26,970 nt of DNA, taken from an uncultured virus (IMG/VR IMGVR_UViG_3300009694_000018) (lineage: Duplodnaviria > Heunggongvirae > Uroviricota > Caudoviricetes). The notes under the pieces are model-generated. The model was given only the letters and a program-made list of their open reading frames with translations, was not told the DNA's origin and searched no databases. Of the stretch, positions 26,773 through 26,970 are shown piece after piece. Both the position numbers and the translations under genes were made by a program. The stretch is taken from IMG/VR virus record IMGVR_UViG_3300009694_000018; one strand, given 5' to 3'. Every line of letters begins with the position of its first letter. Positions within the stretch are counted from its first letter, which is position 1.

Positions 26773-26970
26773 ATGATAAAGAATTTTAAAATATTTGAAC
26801 AATTAAATATGTCAGATATTGATCCATATGGTGAAGAAGATTGGGATGACGATAATGATACACCGATAATAACGTTGGCCAAAAAGCAAAATAAACCATT
26901 AGATCAAATAACACATTTGAGTTGTTCTGATAAATCATTAACTAGTTTAGAAGGAATTGAACATTTAACG
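26773..26970 (+). CDS. Third LRR paralogue, partial (runs off the window)
   Basis: MIKNFKIFEQLNMSDIDPYGEEDWDDDNDTPIITLAKKQNKPLDQITHLSCSDKSLTSLEGIEHLT; absent from the ORF track. Confidence 0.9.
   Translation, partial: MIKNFKIFEQLNMSDIDPYGEEDWDDDNDTPIITLAKKQNKPLDQITHLSCSDKSLTSLEGIEHLT

Noticed and set aside
1..26970. Genome-wide stop-codon recoding
   Set aside because: Long conserved genes are uninterrupted under code 11; the breaks seen are frameshifts or truncations, not in-frame TAG/TGA
1..26970. Eukaryotic giant virus origin suggested by LRR and SET genes
   Set aside because: gp17-like terminase, gp25-like baseplate protein, PhoH, intrinsic terminators and overlapping operon-like genes point to a tailed phage

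Overview
Very AT-rich, densely coding window that is best explained as part of a large T4-like tailed (jumbo) bacteriophage genome. Support comes from PhoH, a gp17-like terminase ATPase paralogue, a gp25-like baseplate protein, a family B DNA polymerase, HNH, Hef-like and Vsr-like homing endonucleases, a tRNA and a recurrent TAATATATA late-type promoter. The standard genetic code fits all long genes. Highlights: (1) a short peptide tag, D-P-Y-G-E-E-x-W, occurs 12 times in 7 ORFs from several unrelated families, often together with an N-terminal M-x-K-x-F-x-x-F-E leader, which suggests an undescribed protein addressing or processing system; (2) the DNA polymerase is fractured at its catalytic DTD|S by a naturally split intein with an endonuclease gene between the halves, and it lacks its exonuclease/region II part in this window; (3) three paralogous LRR genes have constant frameworks and variable, apparently shuffled beta-strands; (4) an atypical radical SAM enzyme lies upstream of MKIRNGFVSNS-leader proteins; (5) an amber (CUA) tRNA sits next to an unannotated structured RNA; (6) the terminase paralogue has lost its Walker A lysine. 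Several truncations and single-base frameshifts suggest local rearrangement or assembly error. All calls come from motif reading only; no searches were run.
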